From Candidatus Eiseniibacteriota bacterium (GTDB taxonomy: Bacteria; Eisenbacteria; RBG-16-71-46), in assembly GCA_963725865.1 (NCBI GenBank), contig CAVSAC010000012.1, positions 896,001 through 960,000 of the forward strand: a stretch of 64,000 nucleotides of DNA. The letters run 5' to 3'. This document shows positions 1 to 9,839 of the stretch, piece after piece (positions within the stretch are counted from its first letter, which is position 1; every line of letters begins with the position of its first letter). The translations under genes and the position numbers were made by a program. Below the pieces are notes generated by a model that saw only the letters and a list, made by a program, of their open reading frames with translations, was not told where the DNA came from and made no database searches.

Positions 1-2
1 AC

Positions 3-389
3 GACCAGGCCGCGGCCAATCCCTGGGAGCGCGAACTGTTCGCATCCGCCGCGCCCGGGGTCGACGTGCGGGTGCTGACGATCGCGGATGCGGCCGCCGG
101 CTGGGCGACCGAGCGCGACGCGCGCGGCGGCGCATTCCTGCTCGTGCGCGCGCTGCCCGTGGCGCTGGCGCTGGTCGACGCGGGGGCGGCCATCGAGGTG
201 CTCAACCTCGGAGGCCTCCACTACGCGCCCGGCTCGGTGAAGGTGAACGAGTACGTCTACCTCGGCGAGGCCGACCGCGCGGCGGCCCGCGCGCTGCTCG
301 CGCACGGGGTGCGGCTCGAGGTCCAGGACGTGCCGGCCACCCGCGCGGAGCGGCTCGAGTCGCTGGTGCCGGAGCTGAGCCCGCGATGA
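3..389 (+). CDS. PTS mannose/fructose/sorbose-family EIIB component (5' partial)
   Basis: Frame is open from the window edge (DQAAANPWERELF...). LNLGGLH and EVQDVP motifs are typical of EIIB-Man; followed by EIIC and EIID. Confidence 0.85.
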   Translation, partial: DQAAANPWERELFASAAPGVDVRVLTIADAAAGWATERDARGGAFLLVRALPVALALVDAGAAIEVLNLGGLHYAPGSVKVNEYVYLGEADRAAARALLAHGVRLEVQDVPATRAERLESLVPELSPR

Positions 390-435
390 CCCACCGTCGC
401 ACGTTCGGCTCGCGCCGGCAGGCGCGCCGCGGCGC

Positions 436-1143
436 ATGAACCTCGCCCTGCTCGGGACGATCCTGCTCGGCGGCGTCGCCGCGCTCGACGCCACCCCGGT
501 CGCGCAGACGCTGCTGTTCCAGCCGCTCGTCACCGGCACGTTGCTCGGCATGCTGTGGGGCGACGTGCCGCTCGCGATGCAGTCCGCCGTGGTGCTCCAG
601 GTGCTGGCCTCCAGCACGCTGCCGGTGGGTGCGCGCACGCCCGAGGACTTCGCGGCCGCCGGCGTGGTTGGCACCGGGACCGCGCTCGCGCTCGGCGCCG
701 GCGTGGGCTTTCCGATGACCCGCGAGGCGTGCGCGCTGGTGGGCGTGCTGGTGGGGCTGGCGGTGGCGGTCCTCGGCGTACCGCTGGTGAAGTGGCAGCG
801 CCGACGCAACGAGGGCCTCAGCCGCTGGTGCGAGGCCGAACTGCGCGCCGGCCACGAGGGCGCGCTGACGCAGGCGCACGCCGCGGCCGTTGCCCTGGCG
901 TTCGCGGTCGGGGTAGGGTACACGGCCGTCGGACTCGCGGCCGCCCGGATCGGGCTCGCCGGCGCGGTGGAGCGCGAATCGCTGCGGCTGGCGCGCGCGT
1001 GGTCGCTCGCCGAGCCGCTGTGGCTCGGGCTCGGACTCGCGCAGCTGCTGCACGCGTTCGTCCAGCGGCGGCTGATCCGCTCGGCGGTGTTCGGCGTGGC
1101 GCTGATGGTCGCGTGGCTGGTGCAGATGCTGGGGACGCCATGA
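436..1143 (+). CDS. PTS mannose-family EIIC component
   Basis: Hydrophobic protein with LDATPVAQTLLFQPLVTGTLLGMLWGD motif; operon context. Confidence 0.85.
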   Translation: MNLALLGTILLGGVAALDATPVAQTLLFQPLVTGTLLGMLWGDVPLAMQSAVVLQVLASSTLPVGARTPEDFAAAGVVGTGTALALGAGVGFPMTREACALVGVLVGLAVAVLGVPLVKWQRRRNEGLSRWCEAELRAGHEGALTQAHAAAVALAFAVGVGYTAVGLAAARIGLAGAVERESLRLARAWSLAEPLWLGLGLAQLLHAFVQRRLIRSAVFGVALMVAWLVQMLGTP

Positions 1144-1901
1144 GCGGCGACCGGCTCGGGATGCGCGTGCGACTCGAGATGGGCCTGCGGGCGCAGTTGC
1201 TGCAGGCGACGTGGAACTACGAGCGCCAGCAGGGACTGGGCTGGGCGTGGGCGCTGCAGCCCGCGCTGCGGCGGCTGCTGCCGGATCCGGTGGCGCGGCG
1301 CGAGCGGCTGGCGGAGCACACGGCGTTTTTCAACACCCAGCCGTCGATGTGTTCGCTGGCGCTGGGCGCCGCTGCCGCGCTCGAGGCCGAGCGGGCCGCG
1401 GGCGCCGGACCGGACGCCGAGGGGATGACGCGGGTGAAGAACGTGCTCGGCTCCTCGCTCGCCTCGCTCGGCGACCGGTTCTTCTGGTTCACGCTGCGTC
1501 CGGTGGCGGCCTGCCTCGGCATATGGCTGGCGCTGCACGGTCCGGCGTGGGTCGCCGCGCTGTCGCTGTGGCTGGCGTACAACGCGGCGCACCAGACCGT
1601 GCGCGTCGCGGGCGTGGGCTGGGGCTGGCGGGCGGGACCGGCAGTGCTCGACGAGCGGCTGCGCCGGCGCTTCGAATCCGCGATCCGGCTGCTCGTGCTG
1701 CTGGGCACCGCGGGAATCGGCGCGATCGTCGCGACGCTGCTGGTGCCGGGGGGCATTCCGCGCCCGTGGTCGTGGCAGGCGACGCTGGGCGCGGGACTCG
1801 TGATGGGGCTGTTGTCCGCGCAGCGGCCGCGGCCGTCGCCGGTGGAGTGGGCGCTGGGCGTCGGGGCGCTGAGTCTGGTCGCCGCGTGGATGATGCATTG
1901 A
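1140..1901 (+). CDS. PTS mannose-family EIID component
   Basis: ATGA overlap with EIIC; LQATWNYERQQGLG, HTAFFNTQP and LASLGDRFFW motifs. Confidence 0.9.
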   Translation: MSGDRLGMRVRLEMGLRAQLLQATWNYERQQGLGWAWALQPALRRLLPDPVARRERLAEHTAFFNTQPSMCSLALGAAAALEAERAAGAGPDAEGMTRVKNVLGSSLASLGDRFFWFTLRPVAACLGIWLALHGPAWVAALSLWLAYNAAHQTVRVAGVGWGWRAGPAVLDERLRRRFESAIRLLVLLGTAGIGAIVATLLVPGGIPRPWSWQATLGAGLVMGLLSAQRPRPSPVEWALGVGALSLVAAWMMH

Positions 1902-1923
1902 GGGGGACCGAGGAGGACGGGGC

Positions 1924-2193
1924 GTGACGGAGATGGACCTGCTGATCCGCAACCAGCTCGGCCTGCACGCGCGAGCGTGCGCGCTGTTCGTCAAGACCGC
2001 GGCGCGGTTCCAGTCGCAGGTATTCGTCTCGCGTGACGACCTCGAGGTGAACGGCAAGAGCATCATGGGGGTGATGATGCTGGCGGCCGAGGAGGGGAGC
2101 ACGATCCGGGTGCGCGCCGACGGCCCGGATGAGAGCGCCGCGATCGCCGCGCTCCAAGCGCTGGTCGACGGCAAGTTCGGAGGCGAGCCGTGA
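1924..2193 (+). CDS. ptsH: Phosphocarrier protein HPr
   Basis: GLHAR (His15) and NGKSIMGVMML (Ser46) motifs; GAGGAGG RBS upstream. Confidence 0.95.
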   Translation: MTEMDLLIRNQLGLHARACALFVKTAARFQSQVFVSRDDLEVNGKSIMGVMMLAAEEGSTIRVRADGPDESAAIAALQALVDGKFGGEP

Positions 2194-3947
2194 GATTCAC
2201 CGGCATCGCGGCGTCACCGGGGATCGGCCTGGGACCGGTGTTCCGTTTCGAACGCGACGAGCTCGCCGTCCGCGACACCCTGCTCGCGCCCGGCACCGAG
2301 GAGGCCGAGCTCGCGCGCTTCCGGGCGGCGCTCGATTCCTCGCGCGAGGACCTGCACCGCATCCGAGACAGCATCGCCGCCGAGCTGGGAGACTTCGAGG
2401 CGCGCATCTACGACGCCCACCTGCTGCTGCTCGAGGATCCCGAGCTGATGCGCGCGGTCGAGCACGGCGTGCGGGTCGAGCACCGCGGGGCGGCGGGCGT
2501 GTTCCGCGCCACCATGGGCCAGGTCTCCGCGCGGCTCGAGAGCGCGCAGGACGAGTACCTGCGCGAGCGCCACGTGGACATCCTGGACGTCACGCGGCGG
2601 GTGCTGCGCGCGCTGCTCGGCGCGGTGCCGCGCGCGCTCGCGGAATTGAAGGAGCCTTCGATCGTCGTGGCGCACGACCTCGGCCCCAGCGAGGTCGCGG
2701 TCCTGCGCCCCGACAAGGTGCTGGCGTTCGTCACCGAGGTGGGGGGGCGCACCTCGCACGGCGCGATCGTCGCCCGCGGGCGGGGCATTCCCGCGGTGGT
2801 GAGCGTGCGCGGCATCATGGCGCAGGTTCAATCCGGCACGATCGCCGCGGTGGACGGGTACACCGGCGTGATCGAGCTGGAGCCCGACGCGGCGTGCGAG
2901 CAGCAGTATCGCAGCCGCAGCCATCGCATCGACGAGGAGCGCCGCAAGCTCGCGCGCCTGCGCGACGAGCCCGCCGAGACCTCCGACGGCCGGCGGATCG
3001 AGCTGGGCGCCAACATCGAGCAGCCCGGCGAGGTCGAGGTCGCGCTCCAGTGCGGGGCCGACTCGATCGGGCTGTTCCGCACCGAGTTCTTCTACATGGG
3101 CCGCCCGGAGTTGCCGACCGAGGAGGAGCAGGCGGTGGCCTACCGGTCCGTCGCCACGCGGATGGCGCCGCGCCCAGTGCTGTTCCGCACCATGGACCTG
3201 GGTGGCGACAAGGTGGCCTCCTACCTGGGCATGACGCACGAGACGAATCCGTTCCTCGGCTGGCGCGGCATCCGCTTCGCGCTCCACCACCCCGAGGTGT
3301 TCCGCGCCCAGCTGCGCGCCATCTACCGTGCCAGCGCCCATGGCCGCGTCCGGATGATGTTCCCGATGGTCGCGAGCGAGGGCGAGCTGCTGCGTGCCCT
3401 GGAGCTGTGCGCCCAGGCCCGGGCCGAGCTGGACCACGCCGGCGCGGCGTACGATCCGGCGCTCGAGATCGGCCTGATGATCGAGACCCCGAGCGCGGTG
3501 TGGATGGCCGACGTGCTGGCGCGCCACGCGTCGTTCTTCTCGATCGGCACCAACGACCTGGTGCAGTACACGCTGGCGATGGACCGCGACAACGAACGCC
3601 TCTCGTACCTCTACGAGCCGCTCGAGCCGGCGGTGCTGCGCAGCATCGCCCACACGGTCGCCGCGGCCCACGCGGCCGGGCGCTGGGTGGGCCTGTGCGG
3701 CGAGATGGCCGGCGATCCGCGCATCGCGGTGCTGCTGGTGGGACTGGGAGTGGACGAGCTGTCCATGTCGCCCTACGACCTCCCGCGCGTGAAGGCGGCG
3801 ATCCGCAGCGTGCGTCACGAGCAGGCGCGGGCGGTCGCGGCCGCCGCGCTCGAGTGCCCGTCCGCGACCGCCGTCAAGGCCCTGATGCGCGAACACGTCG
3901 ACACCCGGCTGCCGAGCTTCCTGGCGGCGAAACGGAGCCCCCTTTGA
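2190..3947 (+). CDS. ptsI: PEP-protein phosphotransferase (PTS enzyme I)
   Basis: GGRTSH phospho-His, GLFRTEF, NPFLGWRGIR, SIGTNDL and CGEMAG motifs. Confidence 0.97.
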   Translation: MRFTGIAASPGIGLGPVFRFERDELAVRDTLLAPGTEEAELARFRAALDSSREDLHRIRDSIAAELGDFEARIYDAHLLLLEDPELMRAVEHGVRVEHRGAAGVFRATMGQVSARLESAQDEYLRERHVDILDVTRRVLRALLGAVPRALAELKEPSIVVAHDLGPSEVAVLRPDKVLAFVTEVGGRTSHGAIVARGRGIPAVVSVRGIMAQVQSGTIAAVDGYTGVIELEPDAACEQQYRSRSHRIDEERRKLARLRDEPAETSDGRRIELGANIEQPGEVEVALQCGADSIGLFRTEFFYMGRPELPTEEEQAVAYRSVATRMAPRPVLFRTMDLGGDKVASYLGMTHETNPFLGWRGIRFALHHPEVFRAQLRAIYRASAHGRVRMMFPMVASEGELLRALELCAQARAELDHAGAAYDPALEIGLMIETPSAVWMADVLARHASFFSIGTNDLVQYTLAMDRDNERLSYLYEPLEPAVLRSIAHTVAAAHAAGRWVGLCGEMAGDPRIAVLLVGLGVDELSMSPYDLPRVKAAIRSVRHEQARAVAAAALECPSATAVKALMREHVDTRLPSFLAAKRSPL

Positions 3948-5023
3948 TGCTCACGCTCGAGCCCCCGTACGGCGACTACGACCACTTCGACATGGCGGCC
4001 CGCATCGCCGCGATCCCGGACCACGTCGACGCGGCGCTGGCCGCGCTCGAGGCGGCGCCCTGGCGTCTGCCGACCCGGGAGCCGGCGCTGATCGCGGTGG
4101 GCGCGATGGGCGGCTCCGCGATGGCGGCCGAGCTGTGCGCGGGACTGTGGTCCGACCGCCTGCCGCGGCCGTTGCTCATCACGCGCGAGTACCGCTGGCC
4201 GGCGTACGTGGACCGCAGCGCTCTCGCCCTGCTGTGCTCGTACTCGGGCGGCACCGAGGAGACGCTCGCGCTGTACGCCGAGGCGGGCCGGCGTGGCGCT
4301 CCGCGCCTGGCGATGACCACCGGCGGCGCGCTTGCCGCGGCGTGTGGCCGCGACGGCGTGCACGTGACGCAGCTGCCGGGCGGCTCGCCGCCGCGCGCGG
4401 CGCTGTTCTCGGCCTGGGTGCCGCTGAGCGGCCTGCTCGCCGCACTGGGCTGGATCGACGACCCGGCGCCGGCGTGGCGCGAGGCCGCCGAGGTGATGCG
4501 CGCGCAGCTCGCCCGCATCGGTCCCCAGGTGCCCGAGGCCCAGAACCCGTGCAAGCAGCTGGCGCGCGAGGTGCACGGCCGGCTGGTGTTCGTCTACGCC
4601 GCCTCCGAGCGTCTCGGCCCGGTGGCGACGCGGTGCCGCAACCAGCTGAACGAGAACGCGAAGCTGCTCAGCCATTCGGCGCTGGTGCCGGAGCTCAACC
4701 ACAACGAGATCGTCGGATGGGAGAACGCCGGCGCTGCGCAGGCGCCGATCGCCGTGCTGGTGCTCCGGGACCGCGAGGATGCGCCCGAGGCCGCGACGCG
4801 ACTCGCGCTCACCGCGGACTACGTTGCCCGGCAGGGGGGCGCGGTCCACGAGCTGCGGGGGGCGGGCGAGTCGCGTGTGGCGCGCGTCGCCGCGCTGGTG
4901 CAGCTCGGGGACTGGCTGAGCTTCTACCTGGCGCTGCTCAACGGCGTCGACCCCACGCCGATCGCGAGCATCGACGCGTTCAAGGCGCGGCTGGCGGAGC
5001 ACGGAGCCGCCCGCCCGCACTGA
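3947..5023 (+). CDS. Bifunctional phosphoglucose/phosphomannose isomerase (SIS fold)
   Basis: TGATG overlap with ptsI; GAMGGSA, SYSGGTEET, QLNENAK, PELNHNEI and DPTP motifs. Confidence 0.9.
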   Translation: MLTLEPPYGDYDHFDMAARIAAIPDHVDAALAALEAAPWRLPTREPALIAVGAMGGSAMAAELCAGLWSDRLPRPLLITREYRWPAYVDRSALALLCSYSGGTEETLALYAEAGRRGAPRLAMTTGGALAAACGRDGVHVTQLPGGSPPRAALFSAWVPLSGLLAALGWIDDPAPAWREAAEVMRAQLARIGPQVPEAQNPCKQLAREVHGRLVFVYAASERLGPVATRCRNQLNENAKLLSHSALVPELNHNEIVGWENAGAAQAPIAVLVLRDREDAPEAATRLALTADYVARQGGAVHELRGAGESRVARVAALVQLGDWLSFYLALLNGVDPTPIASIDAFKARLAEHGAARPH

Positions 5024-5175
5024 TCCGCGCGCCGGCTCGGTGACCGGCGACCGGGTGCCGCGCCAGCGCCCGCGGCATGATGCGCGCTCGGCGCCGCACG
5101 CGCTTTCGCCGCGCGGCGCGCTGTGGCAGAGTGCCCGCGCTCCCCGGCACCGATCGATCGGCTCAGGAGGGTTCC

Positions 5176-6768
5176 ATGCTGCCTCGTCCCACCCCCGCGG
5201 GCCCGGTGCGGCTCGCAGCGGCGGCGCTCGCGCTGGCGCTCGCCGTGAACGCCGTGCCGCGCGCGCTCGCCGCGCCGCGGGCGCCGCGCGCGAGCGTCGC
5301 TGCGGTACGGACCGGACTCGAGCGCCTGGAAGGCCAGGTGCAGGAGTTCCGGATCGCGAACGGCCTGCGTTTCATCCTGGTGGAGCGCCACGATGCGCCG
5401 GTGTTCTCGTTCCAGGCGATCGTGAACGCGGGCTCCGCCGACGACCAGATCGGCACCACCGGGCTCGCCCACATGATGGAGCACATGGCGTTCAAGGGTA
5501 CGCCGTGGGTGGGGACCCGGGATTTCGCGGCCGAGCAGCCGCTGATGGCGGCCGAGGACGCGGCGTTCCAGGCCCTGCTCGACGAGCGCCGTCGCGGAGC
5601 CGCCGCCGACTCCGCGCGGCTCGGCCAGCTCGGGAAGGCCTTCGCCGAGGCCCAGGAGGCGGCGCGTGCCCAGGTCGAATCGAACGAGTTCTCGCGCATC
5701 CTCGAGCAGGCGGGCGCCAAGGATCTGAACGCGTTCACCAGCTCCGACGTCACGGGCTACCAGTACTCGGTGCCGTCGAACCGGCTCGAGCTGTGGGCAC
5801 GGATGGAGGGCGGCCGGCTCGCGCACCCGGTGTTCCGGGAGTTCTACAAGGAGCGCGAGGTGGTGATCGAGGAGCGCCGGATGAGCACCGAGTCCTCGCC
5901 GTTCGGGCGGCTGCTCGACGAGTTCGTCCACCTCGCCTACGTGGCGCACCCGTACGGGTTCGGCACCATCGGCTACGCCTCCGATCTCGCGTCGTTCACG
6001 CGAGCCGAGGGCGACGAGTTCTTCAGGCGCCACTACGTCGCTCCCGCGATCACGATCGCGGTGGTGGGCGACGTCACGCGCGCCGAGCTGCAGCCGCTCG
6101 CCGAGCGCTACTTCGGCGACATCCCGCCCGGCCCGCCGCCGCCGGTGGTCGACACCGTGGAACCCGAGCAGAAGGCCGAGCGGCGCGCCGTCATCGAGGA
6201 CGCCGCGCAGCCCATCGTCGCCATCGGCTGGCACATCCCCGCGACCACCGACCCGAGCAGTGCGGCCCATCGGGCGGTGGCCGACCTGTTGGGAGGCGGC
6301 GACTACGCGCGCCTCCAGAAGGCGCTGGTCAAGGAGCGGAAGATCGTCGCGTACTTCAGCGTGGCCACCGGCATCCCGGGGGACAAGTTCCCGTCGATGC
6401 TCGGGATCCTCGCGGTGCCGGCGGCCGGGGTCGATCCGGACACCGTCGAGCGGGCGGTGTACCGGGTGCTCGACGACGTGGAGGCCGCTCACCCGTTCAC
6501 CGCCGAGGAGCTGGCAGGTTACAAGGTGCGGGTGCGTGCCCAGAAGATCGACGCGGCCGAGGGCAACGCGAACCTGGCGTCCGAGCTCGCCATGGCGCAG
6601 ACCCTGTTCGGCGACTGGCGGCAGTTCTTCCGCGAGCAGGAGCGGGTACAGGCGCTCACGCTCGACGACCTCGCGGGCGTCCTGAAGCGCTCGCTGACCC
6701 GAGCCAATCGCACCGTGGCCATGATCGCGAACCCGGCGACCGCAGCCGCCGATCCGGGGGGGCATTGA
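5176..6768 (+). CDS. Secreted M16B zinc peptidase, catalytic subunit
   Basis: AGGAGG RBS; signal peptide; HMMEH inverted zincin motif; LNAFTS; EREVVIEERR. Confidence 0.9.
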   Translation: MLPRPTPAGPVRLAAAALALALAVNAVPRALAAPRAPRASVAAVRTGLERLEGQVQEFRIANGLRFILVERHDAPVFSFQAIVNAGSADDQIGTTGLAHMMEHMAFKGTPWVGTRDFAAEQPLMAAEDAAFQALLDERRRGAAADSARLGQLGKAFAEAQEAARAQVESNEFSRILEQAGAKDLNAFTSSDVTGYQYSVPSNRLELWARMEGGRLAHPVFREFYKEREVVIEERRMSTESSPFGRLLDEFVHLAYVAHPYGFGTIGYASDLASFTRAEGDEFFRRHYVAPAITIAVVGDVTRAELQPLAERYFGDIPPGPPPPVVDTVEPEQKAERRAVIEDAAQPIVAIGWHIPATTDPSSAAHRAVADLLGGGDYARLQKALVKERKIVAYFSVATGIPGDKFPSMLGILAVPAAGVDPDTVERAVYRVLDDVEAAHPFTAEELAGYKVRVRAQKIDAAEGNANLASELAMAQTLFGDWRQFFREQERVQALTLDDLAGVLKRSLTRANRTVAMIANPATAAADPGGH

Positions 6769-6769
6769 G

Positions 6770-8911
6770 ATGACGACGGCACGAGCAGCATTCCCGCTGG
6801 CGCTGGTCCTGGTGCTCGCCGCCGCGTCCGGCGCGCGGGCGGAGGATTCGCGCTTCGATCCGCATCACGTGGTGGCCCCGCCGCTGCGCCCGGTCCGGGT
6901 GGTCACGCCCGAGCGCTTCGTGCTCCCCGATGGCGCGGTGGTGTTCCTGCTCGAGGACCACACGCTGCCGGTGGTGAGTGGCACGGCGTACTTCCCGGCC
7001 AGCCCGCTGCTGGTGCCCGACGATCGGGTCGGGCTCGCCGACGTCACGGGCGAGGTGATGCGCACCGGTGGCTCGGCCACGCACCCCGGCGACGCGCTCG
7101 ACGACCGCCTCGCGGCCATCGGCGCCTCGCTCAGCAGCTGGCTCTCCGACGACCTCGGCTACGGTGGATTCCGCTGTCTGACCGACAACACCGCCGAGGT
7201 GGTGGGGCTGTTCGCCGAGGTGCTGCGGAAGCCCGCGTTTCCGGACGACAAGATCGAGCTGTCGAAGGTGGGCCTGCGCCGCGGCATCGCGAGCCGCAAC
7301 GACGAGATGCTCGAGCTCCTGAACCGGGTGGCCGACCGGGCCGCCCACGGCGCGGGCAGCCCGTGGGTGCGGATCCCCGAGTACGCCACCATCGAGCCGA
7401 TCTCGCGCGCGGACTGCGTGCGGCTGCACGGACAGGTGTTCGTGCCCGATCGCATGGTGATCGCCGTGTTCGGTGATTTTCGGGCCGCCGAGATGAAGCG
7501 GCTGCTCACGCGCGCGTTCGCCGACTGGAAGCGCAGCGGAACGCCGGCGCCCGCGCTGCCGACGGCGGAGGTGATCCCGCCGGCGCGGCTGCTGTTCGCG
7601 CCCAAGTCCGACGTGACCCAGACGGGCATCATCCTCACCCATCTCGGCTCCCGCGCCGACGATCCCGACTACGCGGCGCTGCAGGTGTACGAGAACGCGC
7701 TGGGCGGCGGGTTCTCGTCGCGGCTCGTCAATCACATCCGCACCCAGCGCGGGCTGGCGTACGCGGTGGGCGCCGACGCCGGCATCCGCTACCGCCGTCC
7801 GGGGGTGTTCCGGGCGTACGCGCTGACCCGCAACGACTCGGCGATGACGGCGCTCGAGCTGTTGCGCGAGGAGGTGGCGCTCTCGGTGCGGGAGCCATTC
7901 ACCGACTCCGAGTTCGCGGTCGCGCGGGACGCGGTCCAGAACAACCTCGTGTTCGAGTTCGAGAAGCCGTCCGCGGTGCTGTTCCGCGCCGCGTTCTACC
8001 AGGTGCTCGGCTACCCGGCGGATTTCCTGGCGCGCTATCAGCAGGGCCTCGGAGCGGTGACGTCGCAGTCGATGTCCGCGGCGGTCCGGCGCAAGGTCCA
8101 TCCGGAGGCGCTGAGCGCGGTGGTGGTGGGCAAGGAGGGCGATTTCGAGCGTCCGCTCGCAGCGGCCGGACTGCCCGTCGAGCGCGTCGACATCTCGATC
8201 CCGCCGCCGCCCTCGAAGCTGGGGGCCGGAGCGGTCACCCCGGAAGCGCTGGCGCGCGGCCGCGCCCTGTTGGAACGCGCGGCGAATGCGGCCGGCGGAG
8301 TCGCCGCCTGGGCGGCGGTGAAGGGGATCACGACCTCACGCTCGCTCACGGTGTCCGTCGAGGGGCAGCAGATGCGGGTCGCCGACAGCACGATCTGGAT
8401 GCTCCCCGACCATCACTACGAGCTCCAGCGGCTGCCGATGGGCGAGATCGTGCAGGGCTGCGACGGCGCGTCCGGATGGGCGGCCGCGATGGGACAGGTC
8501 CAGGACCAGCCCCAGCTGCCGGAGCAGGTCGCCAAGGAGTACGAGCGCTCGTTGTTCCGTCTCTACGGCCACCCGGACGCGGTCGCGGCCCAGGTGCTGC
8601 CCGAACCGCAGACCATCGACGGGGTGCGCTACGACGTCGCGCTGGCGAAGAGCGAACGGCTGCGCGACTGGACCCTGTTCTTCGGCCCGACGGGCGGGCT
8701 CGACCGGATGGAGTTCGGCGACCAGGGTCCGCTCGGCGGCCCTGCGCGCATCACGGTGGTGTTCGACGACTGGCAGCCGCTGGGGGCACTCCGTTTCCCG
8801 CGCACCCAGAGCATGCTCGTCGACGGCAAGGCCTTCATGGAGGCGAAGCTGGTGCACGTCGAGCTCGACCCGGTCGTCCCGGACGAGGTGTTCCGGAAGC
8901 CGTCCCACTGA
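6770..8911 (+). CDS. Secreted M16B peptidase, non-catalytic partner subunit with extra C-terminal domain
   Basis: Signal peptide; M16 fold motifs (LGGGFSSRL, IRTQRGLAY) without HxxEH; about 230 extra C-terminal residues. Confidence 0.85.
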   Translation: MTTARAAFPLALVLVLAAASGARAEDSRFDPHHVVAPPLRPVRVVTPERFVLPDGAVVFLLEDHTLPVVSGTAYFPASPLLVPDDRVGLADVTGEVMRTGGSATHPGDALDDRLAAIGASLSSWLSDDLGYGGFRCLTDNTAEVVGLFAEVLRKPAFPDDKIELSKVGLRRGIASRNDEMLELLNRVADRAAHGAGSPWVRIPEYATIEPISRADCVRLHGQVFVPDRMVIAVFGDFRAAEMKRLLTRAFADWKRSGTPAPALPTAEVIPPARLLFAPKSDVTQTGIILTHLGSRADDPDYAALQVYENALGGGFSSRLVNHIRTQRGLAYAVGADAGIRYRRPGVFRAYALTRNDSAMTALELLREEVALSVREPFTDSEFAVARDAVQNNLVFEFEKPSAVLFRAAFYQVLGYPADFLARYQQGLGAVTSQSMSAAVRRKVHPEALSAVVVGKEGDFERPLAAAGLPVERVDISIPPPPSKLGAGAVTPEALARGRALLERAANAAGGVAAWAAVKGITTSRSLTVSVEGQQMRVADSTIWMLPDHHYELQRLPMGEIVQGCDGASGWAAAMGQVQDQPQLPEQVAKEYERSLFRLYGHPDAVAAQVLPEPQTIDGVRYDVALAKSERLRDWTLFFGPTGGLDRMEFGDQGPLGGPARITVVFDDWQPLGALRFPRTQSMLVDGKAFMEAKLVHVELDPVVPDEVFRKPSH

Positions 8912-8920
8912 CGCCCGCAA

Positions 8921-8938
8921 CCGTCCAAGAGCGGACGG
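8921..8938. terminator. Hairpin between convergent genes (possible terminator)
   Basis: CCGTCC-aagagc-GGACGG; no U-tract. Confidence 0.35.
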
Positions 8939-8966
8939 CTCGGTGCGCGGCGCGCGGCGCCTCGCC

Positions 8967-9470
8967 TCATGCGCGGCCGCCGCGCGGACGGAGCACGCGG
9001 TAGCGGCGTCCGCCGGGCGCGCGAACCGCGCGCGCGGCGCCGTGCACAGGGTCGATCGCCACCAGGAACGGGAAGCGTCGCAACTCCCGCCCGCACGTGA
9101 GCACCTCGCTCACGCCGTGCTCGCGGAGCAGGACCGCGGTCTCGAGCGCCGCTGGGGCGGGCTCGCCGGGAGCCAGGAAGCCCAGCACCTCGCGTGTCAC
9201 CGCCAGATGCCGTGCGGTCGGCAGCAGCAGCCGGCCGCACGGCCCCGCCAGCAGCGCCTCGAGGAACCCGAGCGCCTCCGCGATCTGCAGCGGGCGACCC
9301 ACCCGGTGGGGATGCGTCACCAGCGCGATGAATGTGTGGGCCTCGCACACCGGGAGCCCCCAGGGGCGTTCGCCGCTCGCGAGCCCCTCCACGGCCTCGA
9401 CGGCGCGCGGATGCTCGGGCGCGCCCCGGTTGACCGCGTACGCGAGCAGTCCCGCGTCGAGCGCGATCAT
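8967..9470 (-). CDS. vapC: VapC-like PIN-domain toxin (degenerate active site)
   Basis: MIALDAGLLAYA...VTHP...EHGV...RRFP pattern of PIN toxins; ATGA overlap with the upstream antitoxin. Confidence 0.75.
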   Translation of the reverse strand: MIALDAGLLAYAVNRGAPEHPRAVEAVEGLASGERPWGLPVCEAHTFIALVTHPHRVGRPLQIAEALGFLEALLAGPCGRLLLPTARHLAVTREVLGFLAPGEPAPAALETAVLLREHGVSEVLTCGRELRRFPFLVAIDPVHGAARAVRAPGGRRYRVLRPRGGRA

Positions 9471-9712
9471 CGGCCGGGCTCCTCGTCCTCGGCGGGCTCG
9501 CTCAGCGGCTCCGGCTCGTACGGCTCCAGCAGGAACGGGCCGAGGTCGTAGGAGGGAAGCCGCACGCGGCCCCGGCGCGTCGCGTCGAGCGCCGCCAGAC
9601 CGGCGCGCAGCGTGCGCTCGAGGACGGCGGTGAGGGTGAGGTTCTCCGCCGCCGCGCGACGGCGCAGCTCCGCATGCAGCCCGGCGTCCAGGATCAGGGT
9701 TGTTCGTTTCAT
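9467..9712 (-). CDS. vapB: VapB-like ribbon-helix-helix antitoxin
   Basis: MKRTTLILDAGLHAELRRRAA RHH signature; acidic tail; directly upstream of the PIN gene. Confidence 0.8.
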   Translation of the reverse strand: MKRTTLILDAGLHAELRRRAAAENLTLTAVLERTLRAGLAALDATRRGRVRLPSYDLGPFLLEPYEPEPLSEPAEDEEPGR

Positions 9713-9839
9713 GTGCGAAAGCATATCTCATGAATGCGAGCCGAGTCATCGACGAACTTCCAGGATTGCGCGGCGAGCGTGCGCTGAGGCAGAATGTCGG
9801 CCTTCCGCTCACGACCTTCACCCCCTTCGAGGAGAATCC

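Noticed and set aside
9740..9835. SAH riboswitch upstream of ahcY
   Set aside because: Only a GAGCG/CGCTC pairing is visible; the other conserved elements were not recognisable. An Rfam scan is needed.
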